This document shows, one piece after another, positions 19,635 to 28,798 of a stretch of DNA of 64,000 bases. How positions within the stretch are numbered: the first letter of the stretch is position 1; every line of letters begins with the position of its first letter. The DNA is from a virus. The translations under genes and the position numbers were made by a program. The notes under the pieces were generated by a model. It ran no database searches, was not told where the DNA came from, and saw nothing but the letters and a program-made list of their open reading frames with translations. The DNA lies in IMG/VR virus record IMGVR_UViG_3300023192_003818, positions 28,378 to 92,377 of that record. The stretch is one strand, 5' to 3'.

Positions 19635-19683
19635 CCGTCAATATACGAAGGCTCCCTTAGGGAGCCTAGCCTCTTCGCATAAA
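19635..19683 (-). promoter_or_regulatory. Repeated promoter motif (copy 3) with palindromic spacer
   Basis: Contains AGGCTCCCT-T-AGGGAGCCT at 19649..19667. Confidence 0.75.
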
Positions 19684-19696
19684 TCTTTAATTTATT

Positions 19697-19861
19697 TTAT
19701 AAATCCAAATTAACTTCCAGTTGACTAATCATATCTACACATTTTATGCAAATGAGTTTTGAATCATGATTACAATACTCGGAAAAAGATTTTTTATCTT
19801 CCGTATACTTCTCATTAACTGTTTTCATACAACATCCGCATACTATATATTTTGTTTTCAT
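19697..19861 (-). CDS. Small Cys-rich protein (54 aa)
   Basis: Hand-translated MKTKYIVCGCCMK...YCNHDSKLICIKC...; sits between two near-identical promoter units. Confidence 0.55.
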   Translation of the reverse strand: MKTKYIVCGCCMKTVNEKYTEDKKSFSEYCNHDSKLICIKCVDMISQLEVNLDL

Positions 19862-19876
19862 TTTATTTTAATTATA

Positions 19877-19925
19877 CCGTCAATATACGAAGGGTATCTT
19901 GGGTAGCCTAGCCTCTTCGCATAAA
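19877..19925 (-). promoter_or_regulatory. Repeated promoter motif (copy 4)
   Basis: Flanks nearly identical to copy 3, with a different spacer core. Confidence 0.75.
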
Positions 19926-19928
19926 TCT

Positions 19929-20405
19929 TTAATTTATTTTATAAGCACTATAAACACTTCGGGTTAATCTTATTGAATCCCTTGGATCTCCCATTATCTC
20001 TCCATCCACTATTGCAAAGGCATGCCCTTTAACTGTAATAAGATAATTACCCTCAGAAAATATTTTAATAAAATCTTTAACTTTATAAGAAACTTGTATT
20101 TTACGTTTACATTTACAAAACTTTTTCTTTTTCTCACTCCAAATCGTAATTTTACTATTTTGTGTGCGTGTTAATACTTTAGTACCATAATTTCCCTTTT
20201 TACCTAATTGTTTAATTTTTTTACCAAATGCTTGTTGAATGTGAGGTAAACGAAGTTGAATCCATGTCCCACAATATTTTTCCCTATTTAATTTAATTCT
20301 ACAAAAATTATGTGCCTTATTATAATTTACACCAAAAGCTGCCGATACAGCTCTAACTACACAATCATTTGTTTCTCCCTCTTTTAAATAATCATTTTCT
20401 GACAT
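19929..20405 (-). CDS. Hypothetical phage protein (NDCVVRA family)
   Basis: NDCVVRAVSAAF ... GHAFAIVDG. Confidence 0.65.
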   Translation of the reverse strand: MSENDYLKEGETNDCVVRAVSAAFGVNYNKAHNFCRIKLNREKYCGTWIQLRLPHIQQAFGKKIKQLGKKGNYGTKVLTRTQNSKITIWSEKKKKFCKCKRKIQVSYKVKDFIKIFSEGNYLITVKGHAFAIVDGEIMGDPRDSIRLTRSVYSAYKIN

Positions 20406-20425
20406 ATAACCTTTATTTAATTATG

Positions 20426-20474
20426 CCGTCAATATACGCATTTTTCCGGTGGACTCCTAGTTTTTTGTGCGGTA
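20426..20474 (-). promoter_or_regulatory. Repeated promoter motif (copy 5)
   Basis: Minus strand CTAGG...TGCGTATATTGACG. Confidence 0.7.
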
Positions 20475-20605
20475 TTATTTAATATTTATTGAATTCTCAG
20501 TAAAATGTGGTAAATTTGTGAATAATACATAAGTCAGGAGAGGTAGTTTATATAAAATTGTGAATTCCGCAATTCTTCATATATATTTTGGAGTATTAAA
20601 AAATA

Positions 20606-20651
20606 GGTTGGGTGGGTGGGGGAAGGGGTTATCACCAACTCTACCCTAACC
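20606..20651. other. G-rich element: G-quadruplex motif on plus, imperfect hairpin with U-tract on minus
   Basis: GGGTGGGTGGGGGAAGGGG at 20610..20628; GGTT-GGGT...ACCC-T-AACC arms. Confidence 0.45.
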
Positions 20652-20806
20652 TTATCTTAATTTACCATACGCCCTAACACTTTGCGCTATATTTTAAAGT
20701 TTTTGTGGGTTGGCTACACTTTATCAAGGTTGCCTCACCATATATAAATTAATACAAACATACATATACACATTGAGTTCTGATAATTCTATCATCTTAA
20801 TATTTT

Positions 20807-21310
20807 TTATTTATTTACCTTTGTTATTATTTCATACCAAGGACTAAACCAATCAAGTATTTCTCTTTGACTTCCATATACCTTTAATAAATTTCTTTTC
20901 TTAATTAATATATTAATATCTAATCTTTTTTTATGTTTATCAAATTGCCATAATATGTCTGGTCTTAAATGGTTTAATATTTCGTGAAGTGCTCGATGTC
21001 GTGGATGTCCATATTCACCTACCTTATTATGTGTAACTATTTTTACCCAATCTCGTTCTCGTAATACTCTCAATAATTCATAGATAAGTTTCTCTCTATT
21101 ATAATCTTCTCTATCTTTATAACCTGTCCAATGTTCATATTCTTTTATTCCTATAAACTTCATAGATGCTTTAAATTCTTTTCTTCTAATCTTATTATGG
21201 TACTCATCTACTACTATAACTTTATATTCATCTGAATGTGTCAACAGTTCAGCACCACCAAATAGTGCTTCATCATCCGGGTGTGATGTAATCATTAATT
21301 TGTCAATCAC
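20807..21310 (-). CDS. PIG-L/LmbE family N-acetylglucosamine de-N-acetylase
   Basis: SHPDDE motif, RRKE, IVTH...GEYGHPRH. Confidence 0.8.
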   Translation of the reverse strand: MIDKLMITSHPDDEALFGGAELLTHSDEYKVIVVDEYHNKIRRKEFKASMKFIGIKEYEHWTGYKDREDYNREKLIYELLRVLRERDWVKIVTHNKVGEYGHPRHRALHEILNHLRPDILWQFDKHKKRLDINILIKKRNLLKVYGSQREILDWFSPWYEIITKVNK

Positions 21311-21986
21311 AATAGAATATCTTTATATTATCATGTCTTTGTAATATTGATGCAGGAACATCTTCAGTTACTTCACCATGCATAGCCACATTTAATATAT
21401 TCCATTTATGGGCTCCATTAGCAATTAATACTATCTTCTTTGATTCCATTATAGTTTCTAATCCCATAGTAATTGCTTGTTTAGGTACATCATCGATTAC
21501 ATCAAAAAACCTTGAGTTATCTTTAATAGTTTGTTCAGATAAATCCACTACTCTTGTTCTTGATTTAAATGAAGAACCTGGCTCGTTAAATGCTATATGA
21601 CCATTAGTACCTATTCCTAATATACATAAATCAATTCCCTTATTTCCAGGGTATTCTTTTATCTTATCTTCAAACGCTTCAGTAGGGCGGAATGGAAAAT
21701 GGCAATGGTCAGGATAGATATTAATTTTATCAAATAAATTCTCTCTCATATAACTTTGATAACTTTGTGGGTGATCTATATTCATAAGATAAACATCAAG
21801 ATTAAATGTTATAACAGATTTCCAATCTAATTCTCTATTGACAAGTTCTTCATATATGCCAAGTGGTGTATCACCAGTTGGGAGAGCTAGTTTAGATTGG
21901 GGATATTCTTTGATTTGAGACTCAATTATATCAGCTACAGTTAAGCTTAGTTCTTTATAACCTTTATCTAATACATTGACCTTCAT
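21303..21986 (-). CDS. nagB: Glucosamine-6-phosphate deaminase
   Basis: LPTGDTPLGIY, TFNLD, LGIGTNGHIAFNEPGSSFKSRTRVV, AITMGLETI, PASILQRH. Confidence 0.9.
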   Translation of the reverse strand: MKVNVLDKGYKELSLTVADIIESQIKEYPQSKLALPTGDTPLGIYEELVNRELDWKSVITFNLDVYLMNIDHPQSYQSYMRENLFDKINIYPDHCHFPFRPTEAFEDKIKEYPGNKGIDLCILGIGTNGHIAFNEPGSSFKSRTRVVDLSEQTIKDNSRFFDVIDDVPKQAITMGLETIMESKKIVLIANGAHKWNILNVAMHGEVTEDVPASILQRHDNIKIFYCD

Positions 21987-22049
21987 TACTATAACCTTTA
22001 TTTATATATACATCAAATTAAATCATTAAAATAGAAATTCTTCTTTGTT

Positions 22050-22277
22050 TTATATATGTTCTAAGCAGGTAGGACAAAGACCTACATCTTCAACTTCTCC
22101 TGTTATTTCATCACCACAGCAAGTGTATTCTAATTCTTCTACTTCTTTAAATAAGCGACGCTTAGCCGTAGGTCCAAATTCATTTTCTTCATACTTAATA
22201 GCTTCTTCTCCTACTAAATATTCTCCATTGTCTGCAATAGTGTATTTTTCTTTTTCTTTCATAACAAAGTGCATCAT
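22050..22277 (-). CDS. Hypothetical acidic protein with C-terminal Cys motif
   Basis: Contains GPTAKRRLFKE; TCCG...CPTC. Confidence 0.55.
   Translation of the reverse strand: MMHFVMKEKEKYTIADNGEYLVGEEAIKYEENEFGPTAKRRLFKEVEELEYTCCGDEITGEVEDVGLCPTCLEHI
22142..22175. repeat. 34-nt perfect direct repeat, second copy at 22576..22609
   Basis: CTTCTTTAAATAAGCGACGCTTAGCCGTAGGTCC at both sites. Confidence 0.9.
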
Positions 22278-22660
22278 TCATCAGAATATTTCATAACTAA
22301 TTCGTCATTTAATCTTATAATTGGTTCTTGAAAACTATCTAAATATCCATCTAAATAAGCACCGAATAATACCCTTATTGTTTGAATTGATGTTTCTTTT
22401 CCAAATCTATCTTCTAATTCTTGATAACTTATATCTAAATTTTTAGGGAAAAAATCAGTTACGATAGGCATAAGTTTAGCTTTTATTGATGGATCTCCTG
22501 CTTTATCATCAAATAGACTTTTCATATTTACATATTTACCTACAATTGATTTAGGAATACCCCTACCTGACTCTTCTTCTTTAAATAAGCGACGCTTAGC
22601 CGTAGGTCCTACTTTGTTTTCATTTATATATTTATTGAATTCTTTTTCGTAATCTTCCAT
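22274..22660 (-). CDS. Hypothetical protein
   Basis: Contains GPTAKRRLFKE near the N-terminus. Confidence 0.55.
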   Translation of the reverse strand: MEDYEKEFNKYINENKVGPTAKRRLFKEEESGRGIPKSIVGKYVNMKSLFDDKAGDPSIKAKLMPIVTDFFPKNLDISYQELEDRFGKETSIQTIRVLFGAYLDGYLDSFQEPIIRLNDELVMKYSDE

Positions 22661-23327
22661 GGTGTAAATTGTTTTAGTTTATTTTTGTTATAGTTAAGTG
22701 GTTATTTGTTATTATGATTTTTTGTCTTTCTCCTCCAAAATTTGTGGTGTTGCCCAATCATCATCTCCATAGGCATTTATTTCTATTTTTGGGTGGGGAG
22801 AATGTTTTTTGATACAAATAAAACCTTGTTTCTTCCAACAAATGTTCCTTAAATATTTTTTTATGTAATAAAATGTTATCATTATAATTCTTTTACAGAC
22901 TCCCTACATACCTTAAAAGGATTTATTACGACGTTGTCCCCTCCATTTAACCCCTTTGGTATTTCCTAAACCTTTTAATTTTTTAACCCTCCGGTTATAA
23001 TCATTTCGTTCGGTATCTATTTGATTATTTTTCATCTTAATTTCTATTTTATTATTTTCTGTTTTTAAACGTATTAGTAATCTAATTATATCATCTCATG
23101 ATTAGGATTTTACCTAATAAATTATACGTTAATATACGTAAAATTTTGGGGGTATTCTAATATTTTTTAATATATCTTGTACGAGGAAGGGGTTGTTTTT
23201 TAAACGTTTTTAACCATTCCTTTAATTGTAAATACATTTGTTTACTTGAATTTTTACTCATTTTTTAATCAATAATTAATTTTAGTTTTAGTTATTTTAA
23301 TTTCAGACCATCCACTACCTATCATTT

Positions 23328-23651
23328 TTAGCTTTTATTAATATTTTTTATTTTAAATCCAAAATTTTCTATTTTAAATCCTAAATATTGTCCTAAACTG
23401 CCTCCAATAAAATAGGCTACAATAGGCTGCCACAACAAATTCATTATTGCATCTATTCCTAAAAATATAGATGCTAACCAACATACTCCAATTATATTAC
23501 CTGTTAAGATTGAAGCTAATACCTTTTTTTCAGCAGTATAAATTACATTTATAGTTCTAAATAATATAAATACCATTTGTAATATAAAAATAATTATAGC
23601 TGATGTCCAAGGGTTAATTATTAAATCATTCATTATAATACTAATTATCAT
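23328..23651 (-). CDS. Membrane protein (DUF5698/DUF2179-like)
   Basis: Three hydrophobic helices; LFRTINVIY, GGSLGQYLG. Confidence 0.55.
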   Translation of the reverse strand: MIISIIMNDLIINPWTSAIIIFILQMVFILFRTINVIYTAEKKVLASILTGNIIGVCWLASIFLGIDAIMNLLWQPIVAYFIGGSLGQYLGFKIENFGFKIKNINKS

Positions 23652-23710
23652 TATTTAAACCTAGTCTTAGAGCCGTTGTGCTATACACACCTTCTTTTAG
23701 ACTAATATGT

Positions 23711-23953
23711 TCACTTATTTTTTTTACTATATTTTCTACCTTTACGACTTTTACCTTTTAAAGCCCCTGGTATATCACCAATCTGGTTACCAACTTCTTT
23801 TATAGCTTTTGCTACATCATTTAATTCAGTGACTGTTAATTTATATCTTTTTTGTATTTCTTTTACTGTAGCAATTGCTTTTTCGTCTACAGAGGTTTTA
23901 CCCCAAACGTATTTCCATGCATCTTTGCAATATTGTTTTGTTCTTTTCCACAT
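23711..23953 (-). CDS. Hypothetical protein
   Basis: 80 aa with a basic tail; ATATTTATA motif upstream. Confidence 0.6.
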   Translation of the reverse strand: MWKRTKQYCKDAWKYVWGKTSVDEKAIATVKEIQKRYKLTVTELNDVAKAIKEVGNQIGDIPGALKGKSRKGRKYSKKNK

Positions 23954-24046
23954 AATGTTATTATTTATTGTTAAACTTATTTTTATTTATTTTTTTATAA
24001 ATATGATATTTCTTTATCTAAATATTTATCTAGTGACTTCATAATT

Positions 24047-24277
24047 TTATAATAATAAATCATTTTTTTCAAGAAAAAGCCATCCTCTTTCCAACCAAAG
24101 ACGTATTGTAACATCCTCAATCTTATCCATAACATCAGCCCCATCATGTCTTTTTGAAGCAATAAAAGCAATTATCATGTCCGCGTAGTCTCTTGCTTTA
24201 TCTTTTTCTCCTAGTTTTATATGTTCCTTTGCTTTATCAAAGCAATGATGTAATACTTGTCTTTTATATTTTACCAT
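24047..24277 (-). CDS. Hypothetical protein
   Basis: 76 aa ORF. Confidence 0.55.
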   Translation of the reverse strand: MVKYKRQVLHHCFDKAKEHIKLGEKDKARDYADMIIAFIASKRHDGADVMDKIEDVTIRLWLERGWLFLEKNDLLL

Positions 24278-24457
24278 TTATTTTTTAAAAGATTTAGGTA
24301 TTTTTTCTTCTTTAAGATTGTAATATTCATCCAAAATAGAACTCAACACCCTTATTTCAATTTGAGCTTGTTCCAATTCCACATAATTTAAAGGCATACT
24401 ATTTTTATATTTTTCTTCTAAACTTATTATTTTATTAATTATTATATCTTCCATAGC

Positions 24458-24742
24458 TTAATCTATTAATTCCTCTATATTAATATTATATTCTTCCATA
24501 AGTTTATTAAATTCATTAAATACTAAATCAACTACTTTAGGGTTTGATAAATATATTATTTCTTTATAATTTCCATTATCATCTGTAAAGTTGTTCATCT
24601 CCTGTATTAACATCAATATCTTCTTTTTTGAATTTAATTGGAATTCAAATAATACACAAGCCATATCTAAAGCTTTAATACATCTTCTATGATCTTTTAT
24701 ATCTTCAAGTTCATTTAAATCAAATTTTAATGTTGTTTTCAT
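24458..24742 (-). CDS. Hypothetical protein
   Basis: 94 aa ORF coupled to its upstream gene. Confidence 0.6.
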   Translation of the reverse strand: MKTTLKFDLNELEDIKDHRRCIKALDMACVLFEFQLNSKKKILMLIQEMNNFTDDNGNYKEIIYLSNPKVVDLVFNEFNKLMEEYNINIEELID

Positions 24743-25158
24743 TTTAATTGTTTAATATGTTTACAATTTCCTCTACTTATCCAAGCTCCAGGACAAGTAC
24801 AAGTATAAGTTATTTTGTTACCTCTTGTAAATCTTTTAGTAATATAAATTTTATTACTTGAACTTGATTTATTTTCAAATTTTTCGATACTTTTCTTAAT
24901 AATTGGTTTAATCCATTCAATATCAGATAATTCAGTTTTAGGATGAACTTTTACCCAACCGGGCATTAAATATTTTTGATTGCTTAAAATTACTAAAGTT
25001 GGGGAGATGATATTTGTAAACTTATATTTAAAACATCTAACTCCAATGTATCCTCCCAACCCTTTAGGGTTTATTCCAAAACTTGTAGTAGGATTGTATA
25101 TAATCCTGGAACGGATATTACCATGTTTATTTAGATTTGAAAATTCGTGTAAAGGCAT
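24739..25158 (-). CDS. SWIM zinc-finger protein
   Basis: C-terminal CTC...CKH. Confidence 0.7.
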   Translation of the reverse strand: MPLHEFSNLNKHGNIRSRIIYNPTTSFGINPKGLGGYIGVRCFKYKFTNIISPTLVILSNQKYLMPGWVKVHPKTELSDIEWIKPIIKKSIEKFENKSSSSNKIYITKRFTRGNKITYTCTCPGAWISRGNCKHIKQLK

Positions 25159-25227
25159 TTTAATATATTATTATTTTAAATTATCCTACTTTATAATTAC
25201 TCACAAAGTTAAAATGAGTATTTTATC

Positions 25228-25500
25228 TTAGTTTTTCACCTTATTGAATTTTTTATTTAGGAAATTATACATTATTGAAAATATTAATCCCCCAATAAAA
25301 GCATCACAAAAGCCAAAAAACAACCCAATTATACTGCCCATGGGAGTGGCGGCAAACCCATAATATACGCTCCCGAAAAGCTCAATAAAGGGTAGGCCAA
25401 AATCAAACATCCATCCAAGCATTCCAGTTATAAACATGCCTATACCCCAGGTCATGCCTAAGGATAGAGCTACTGATAAAGTATGTATTTGCTTATTCAT
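25228..25500 (-). CDS. Small membrane protein, possible holin-like family
   Basis: Two Gly-rich TM helices (GSIIGLFFGFCDAFIGGLIF); locally higher GC. Confidence 0.45.
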   Translation of the reverse strand: MNKQIHTLSVALSLGMTWGIGMFITGMLGWMFDFGLPFIELFGSVYYGFAATPMGSIIGLFFGFCDAFIGGLIFSIMYNFLNKKFNKVKN

Positions 25501-25824
25501 AATAGTTACTCATCCAAAGTGTTAATAATTCATTTGCTTCTTTATTACTTACTTCAGAAAAATTTTTAATAATAAAAGAAGCAGCTCCAAACATATTAAT
25601 TTCACCTGATTCTCTTAAAGCATTTAAATACTTAAATACTTTTTTTTCTAATTTAGTTATTTTTCTTACCATGGATTGAAATTACGGGTTTTTTATATCA
25701 TCAAACTCAACCTGATTGATTAATTTTTCTAAATTTTTATGAGCTATTGAAAATTTTTTATCTTCCATATCTAAAAGTATATCCATTAACTTCAAATAAA
25801 GCACCTCTTTAGTTTCATTATCCA

Positions 25825-26112
25825 TTATGACCATGTTTTTACCAGTTCATCTATATCTTCTCTACTTTGCCATCCAATTGGGTCCATTTCAAACTCACCC
25901 TCTTTATTAAATATAGCTACTTCGAATGATGATACACTATCTGGTTTTTTTAATTCACCAGTGAAATCTAATCCACCAGGTATACTGTATAAACCCTCAC
26001 CTGCTGTTATTGATAATTCTCTTCCATTATCCAGCATTAATAATCCTTGAATTACACTTTTGATTCTCTGTTTCTTCCAAGTGATGTCTTTAAATGTTTT
26101 TAATTTACTCAT
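25825..26112 (-). CDS. Hypothetical protein
   Basis: 95 aa; follows the promoter copy at 26141. Confidence 0.6.
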   Translation of the reverse strand: MSKLKTFKDITWKKQRIKSVIQGLLMLDNGRELSITAGEGLYSIPGGLDFTGELKKPDSVSSFEVAIFNKEGEFEMDPIGWQSREDIDELVKTWS

Positions 26113-26140
26113 GACCTTTATTTATTTAATCATTAATACA

Positions 26141-26189
26141 ACATAAATGTACGAATCTTTATTCAGGTATCCTAGTCTTTCATGCATTA
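26141..26189 (-). promoter_or_regulatory. Repeated promoter motif (copy 6)
   Basis: Minus strand CTAGGATACCTGAA...TTCGTACATTTATG. Confidence 0.65.
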
Positions 26190-26259
26190 TTTTAATTAAT
26201 TGCATTTAATTTTTTCAATTATAGCCTTACAATTACTACATTGTTTTAATTTATATAAC

Positions 26260-26637
26260 TTATAACTTATATTTTTCTTTATATTCTTTAATAAATTTTG
26301 TTCCTAATCCTATCTCCAAATAATCTGCATTTTCAGGTACTCCTGCTTGTTTATTAGTTATAATATCATCAATGTTCTTATTTTTGAATACTTTCATTTT
26401 AACTTTTGTATTCTTTCTTGGAGTTGAATAAACCAATACAATAGGATGATTACTATATTTTGATTTAGGGTCAAGTATAGGTTTATTAGGTTTACCTATT
26501 GCTTTAATAAGTACTTTGTAAGGAGCAGTATTATGTTTTTTCCTATCAAAATGCCATGTAGTCTCTTCTCCTTCAACTTTAAATCTAATTGGTACTTCTA
26601 CATTATCTTTTGGCCTACCTCTATGTTCTGTTTTCAT
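26260..26637 (-). CDS. Basic hypothetical protein
   Basis: 125 aa; N-terminal RGRPK. Confidence 0.6.
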   Translation of the reverse strand: MKTEHRGRPKDNVEVPIRFKVEGEETTWHFDRKKHNTAPYKVLIKAIGKPNKPILDPKSKYSNHPIVLVYSTPRKNTKVKMKVFKNKNIDDIITNKQAGVPENADYLEIGLGTKFIKEYKEKYKL

Positions 26638-26661
26638 AAGGGTTGTTTTAAGTTAATAATT

Positions 26662-26880
26662 TTATTTGTTAGTTTTAATTGAATATGTAGCATAATCACA
26701 TAACGGATTTCTTACCTTTCTGTTCAATTCTAATTCATCAAACTGACCCATTGAACAGTCAAAAGCTATATTCTCAATCTCACTACCTATTTTTAATGAA
26801 ATCTTTCCATATTCGGAGTTTTCAATTCCATTTTGAATTTGATTCATTATAGTTATGGTTCTTATGATATTTGTTTTCAT
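26662..26880 (-). CDS. Hypothetical protein
   Basis: 72 aa; follows the promoter copy at 26907. Confidence 0.55.
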   Translation of the reverse strand: MKTNIIRTITIMNQIQNGIENSEYGKISLKIGSEIENIAFDCSMGQFDELELNRKVRNPLCDYATYSIKTNK

Positions 26881-26906
26881 AATATTTGTTTTAACTAATT
26901 ACTTAT

Positions 26907-26955
26907 ACGTGAATATACGAAGGCTCCCTCAGGGAGCCTAGTTTCTTCGCATAAG
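26907..26955 (-). promoter_or_regulatory. Repeated promoter motif (copy 7) with palindromic spacer
   Basis: AGGCTCCCT-C-AGGGAGCCT at 26921..26939. Confidence 0.75.
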
Positions 26956-27146
26956 TCTTTAAAATATTTTAACACCATATTGTTTCTGAATCAAATAACA
27001 TTCCGGATTTGTGTTCTCTTAATTTTTGAGAATCCAATGATATCATAAAACAAAATTCTTCCATTTCCCCATCATTAGTTAAATCTATTAATACAGAATC
27101 ATCCATCATCTTCAATTGTTCTATTGGTTGCCTAGGTCCTAACATA

Positions 27147-27719
27147 TTATAAATTTAATTCATATCCCGAAAATTGTTCCATATAAGTGGTAATTTTAGT
27201 ACCATTCCCGTCCTTGAATATTTCTCGGTGTTTAAAGAATTTTCTAACATTTCCTGCTCCTCCTAAATGGGCAGCTGCTAAAATTCCTGATTCTGTTATA
27301 AATATGTTACGAAATACTTTACCTTGATATTTTTTAATGTAATAATCAAGAGATTTTTTATTATGTTGTAATAATTGTAACATTGCACTTTCTTGAAGTT
27401 CAGGAGAATATAAAAAATTATAAGTTGTTGTTTTAATTCCTAAACTTTTTAATGTTGCTTTACCAAATTGATATTTACCTAAATAACCATACTTGTTAAC
27501 TCTTAAATAGTTATTTCCTGATTCTCGAAACCCTATACTCATTAAAAAATCTAATAATGAGGGTTTGATTTCAATTTCAAAAACTTCTATCTCAGGGCAA
27601 ATTTCTACAATGCCATAAGGAGTTATACTAGGAAGGGGTTTCATTGGTAGTGTATTAAAAGAAACTATAAATATAAATATAAATAATAATAATAATTTAC
27701 TTAAATGTTTATTTTTCAT
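27147..27719 (-). CDS. Lysozyme-like/lytic transglycosylase with N-terminal signal anchor
   Basis: GFRESGNNY..VNKYGYLGKYQF (catalytic ES), LAAAHLGG; hydrophobic N-terminus. Confidence 0.7.
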   Translation of the reverse strand: MKNKHLSKLLLLFIFIFIVSFNTLPMKPLPSITPYGIVEICPEIEVFEIEIKPSLLDFLMSIGFRESGNNYLRVNKYGYLGKYQFGKATLKSLGIKTTTYNFLYSPELQESAMLQLLQHNKKSLDYYIKKYQGKVFRNIFITESGILAAAHLGGAGNVRKFFKHREIFKDGNGTKITTYMEQFSGYELNL

Positions 27720-28008
27720 TTTCTAAATATTTAATTATTTTAATAATTTTTTCACAATCTTCATAATTTTCTTCACTCTCATAAATGGGTAAATGAAAAT
27801 ACAAAGCATCAATAAAATCTACCTTCTTTAAACTAACACTAATACTATACTTTTGTTCTTCTATTTTTATATTGGCAATGTAATATTCAGAATATATATC
27901 TGTATAATTTTCGAATATAACATCTATAACTGCCTTTGAAAGCTCATAATCTTTGCTTTCAATTTTATTTAAAAATTCTTCATAATTTTGGTATGTAAAA
28001 TGAGTCAT
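27709..28008 (-). CDS. Hypothetical protein with UVR-like C-terminus
   Basis: YESEENYEDCEKI. Confidence 0.55.
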   Translation of the reverse strand: MTHFTYQNYEEFLNKIESKDYELSKAVIDVIFENYTDIYSEYYIANIKIEEQKYSISVSLKKVDFIDALYFHLPIYESEENYEDCEKIIKIIKYLENEK

Positions 28009-28167
28009 CTTAAAAATGTTTTAAGAAATTAGGATTAATAATTTTATTTTTTAATTTTTGAGTATTTTCATCTTTTTTTAAAATTCTATTAGCTAATACC
28101 TCTAATCTTTTATTTTTCATTTCTTCAAAATTAGTAATAACTTGTATATGTTTTTTACTTTTTTCCA

Positions 28168-28797
28168 TTATAATCTTGAAATATATTGGTTAACATCATC
28201 ATCATCACCAAATCCTAATTCTTTTAATCTCTTTAAATGATATTCATCTACTTCAAACTCAACGGTTTCGCTTGTACCGTGGTGTGGGGTTTGTTCTTCA
28301 ATTTGCATTATATCTTTTTTATTAAATATATTACCTATTTGTAAAAAATAATCATTATAACAAAGTAATTCTATATTTTCTGTTGTATAATTATGTCTAT
28401 TACCATCCTTAAAATGCATTAATAAAGGTATTTTATAATCAAGAACTCTTCTTTCCTTAAATTTACAAACAGCACATTCCTCTAATAAATATCCTTCTTC
28501 TATAAGTTTATATTTTATTTTTGAAGAACTCCATGAAGAAGCATTAACCTTACCCGAAAGTATGTCCTTAAGTTGAATAGAATTATTACCTTTAGTAAAT
28601 TTTGGAACACCTTTACCACCCCAATTTATATGGATTTCATATAAAGATTTACCAGTTTTATTATCAGTATACATTTTGGCATACCTTTTATAATGTTTAT
28701 ATGAAACATGAAGATACCTTGAAGCTGCTAAATTAGATAAAGTACTAGCTTGGGCAGCAACAATCATTTCTTTACTCAAAGGTTTGACTCTTGGCAT
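28168..28797 (-). CDS. HNH-like zinc-binding protein with N-terminal DNA-binding region
   Basis: CAVC...LLMHFKDGNRHNYTTENIELLCYN. Confidence 0.6.
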   Translation of the reverse strand: MPRVKPLSKEMIVAAQASTLSNLAASRYLHVSYKHYKRYAKMYTDNKTGKSLYEIHINWGGKGVPKFTKGNNSIQLKDILSGKVNASSWSSSKIKYKLIEEGYLLEECAVCKFKERRVLDYKIPLLMHFKDGNRHNYTTENIELLCYNDYFLQIGNIFNKKDIMQIEEQTPHHGTSETVEFEVDEYHLKRLKELGFGDDDDVNQYISRL

Positions 28798-28798
28798 C

